64,000 nt of DNA from Crassostrea angulata (Eukaryota), in NCBI RefSeq assembly GCF_025612915.1, contig NC_069115.1, positions 25,599,757 to 25,663,756 of the forward strand, read 5' to 3'. The notes under the pieces were generated by a model, which searched no databases, was not told the origin of the DNA, and saw only the letters and a list, made by a program, of their open reading frames with translations. The position numbers and the translations under genes are program-made. Position 1 is the stretch's first letter, and each line of letters starts with the position of its first letter. Below, piece by piece: positions 63,540 to 64,000 of this stretch.

Positions 63540-64000
63540 GAAATGCGACTTGATTAATGGCGGTGCTTCAGTGGGGGATCTCAAATGTCCTCGTGGTTTA
63601 GGCGCAAATTTGGCAAAAAAGTATAAAATTTCAAAATCGACTGTTTCAAATCTCTGGGCGAAATATAAAGAAAACTTTTCCATTTCTCCTCGTAAACCAA
63701 TGAACACAAAAGATTGGAAAATTGGAAATGAAGATCGTGAATTATCAAGGCATTAAAAAACGAAATACCTTCTATTCAGCTTCAAACAATTCGAGATGAA
63801 TTGCTCAAACATTCCAACACAATTACAAGCATCAGTATTTCAATTATGTTTTTAACAAAGATCCCTTCAGGCTGAATTCATGGACGAAATGGGAATAAGA
63901 CTTGCGGACGGGCAACCAACTTACGGTCATTCTGTAAGGGTTCAAAGTGCGTAGAAATGACCCGATACAGCAGAACTTCTAATTATACAGTTAACTTGTT
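63540..64000 (+). pseudogene. Tc1/mariner-like transposase 5' fragment (HTH region), frameshifted, continuing past the window edge
   Basis: The ORF ...LAKKYKISKSTVSNLWAKYKENFSISPRKP...NEDRELSRH resembles the Tc1 N-terminal paired-like HTH (..S.STV..I..KYK..G....RSGRPR.LS.RDER.L.R). After a frameshift, ..IRDELLKHSNTITSISISI.. resembles the second HTH (..AKDL...L...G..VS.STV.R.L). Confidence 0.45.

Noticed and set aside
1-64000. Prokaryotic defence system, operon or CRISPR array
   Set aside because: The sequence is eukaryotic: it has spliced exons with GT/AG boundaries, an AATAAA signal, a eukaryotic ribosomal protein, microsatellites, MITEs and SINEs. The tandem arrays are contiguous satellites without unique spacers. 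There are no long intact ORF clusters.

Overview
This 64-kb window reads as AT-rich (roughly two-thirds A+T by eye), repeat-dense eukaryotic nuclear DNA, most likely from an invertebrate animal and possibly a bivalve mollusc. It is not prokaryotic. I see no operon structure, no CRISPR array and no rRNA. Almost all of the six-frame ORFs are short artefacts sitting inside repeats. That ORF track also appears to accept TTG/CTG/GTG as start codons, so its leading 'M' is often not an ATG.

Supported content:
- **RPL24 (eL24).** The three 3'-terminal coding exons of a ribosomal protein L24 gene lie on the minus strand at 44313-44066, 38617-38566 and 35564-35475. All have canonical splice sites, and an AATAAA follows the stop. 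The introns are 5.4 and 3.0 kb and full of transposon insertions. The 5' exons were not located.
- **IS4EU/ISL2EU-like DDE transposase pseudogene.** Two exons sit on the minus strand around 57.7-59.35 kb. The intron carries a MITE, and the invariant tryptophan of the EGWH motif is replaced by a stop.
- **Tyrosine-recombinase fragment (Crypton/DIRS-like).** A catalytic-domain fragment lies at 29823-30341 (minus strand).
- **Other transposon remnants.** A non-LTR reverse-transcriptase C-terminal fragment is at 57387-57602, and a degraded Tc1/mariner-like 5' end is at 63540 to the window edge.
- **Possible host gene.** A candidate gene on the minus strand at 61.2-62.4 kb has an N-terminal PB1-like domain.
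- **Non-autonomous elements.** These include several MITE/foldback families, a tRNA-derived SINE and a tRNA-like sequence.

Most of the window is built from one modular family of non-coding elements, called 'R1'/'cassettes' here. Members share GC-palindrome hairpin heads followed by (GTCC/GTCT)n microsatellites, 'GCTCACCTGAGC' termini and differing internal tandem arrays of ~143-190 bp. The organisation resembles Helentron-associated 'pearl'-type satellite carriers. Two large foldback structures are also present: 39.8-42.8 kb, and the 65/131-bp satellite at 53.8-55.3 kb. Nested insertions reach three levels deep.

All coordinates are from reading by eye and may be off by a few bases.
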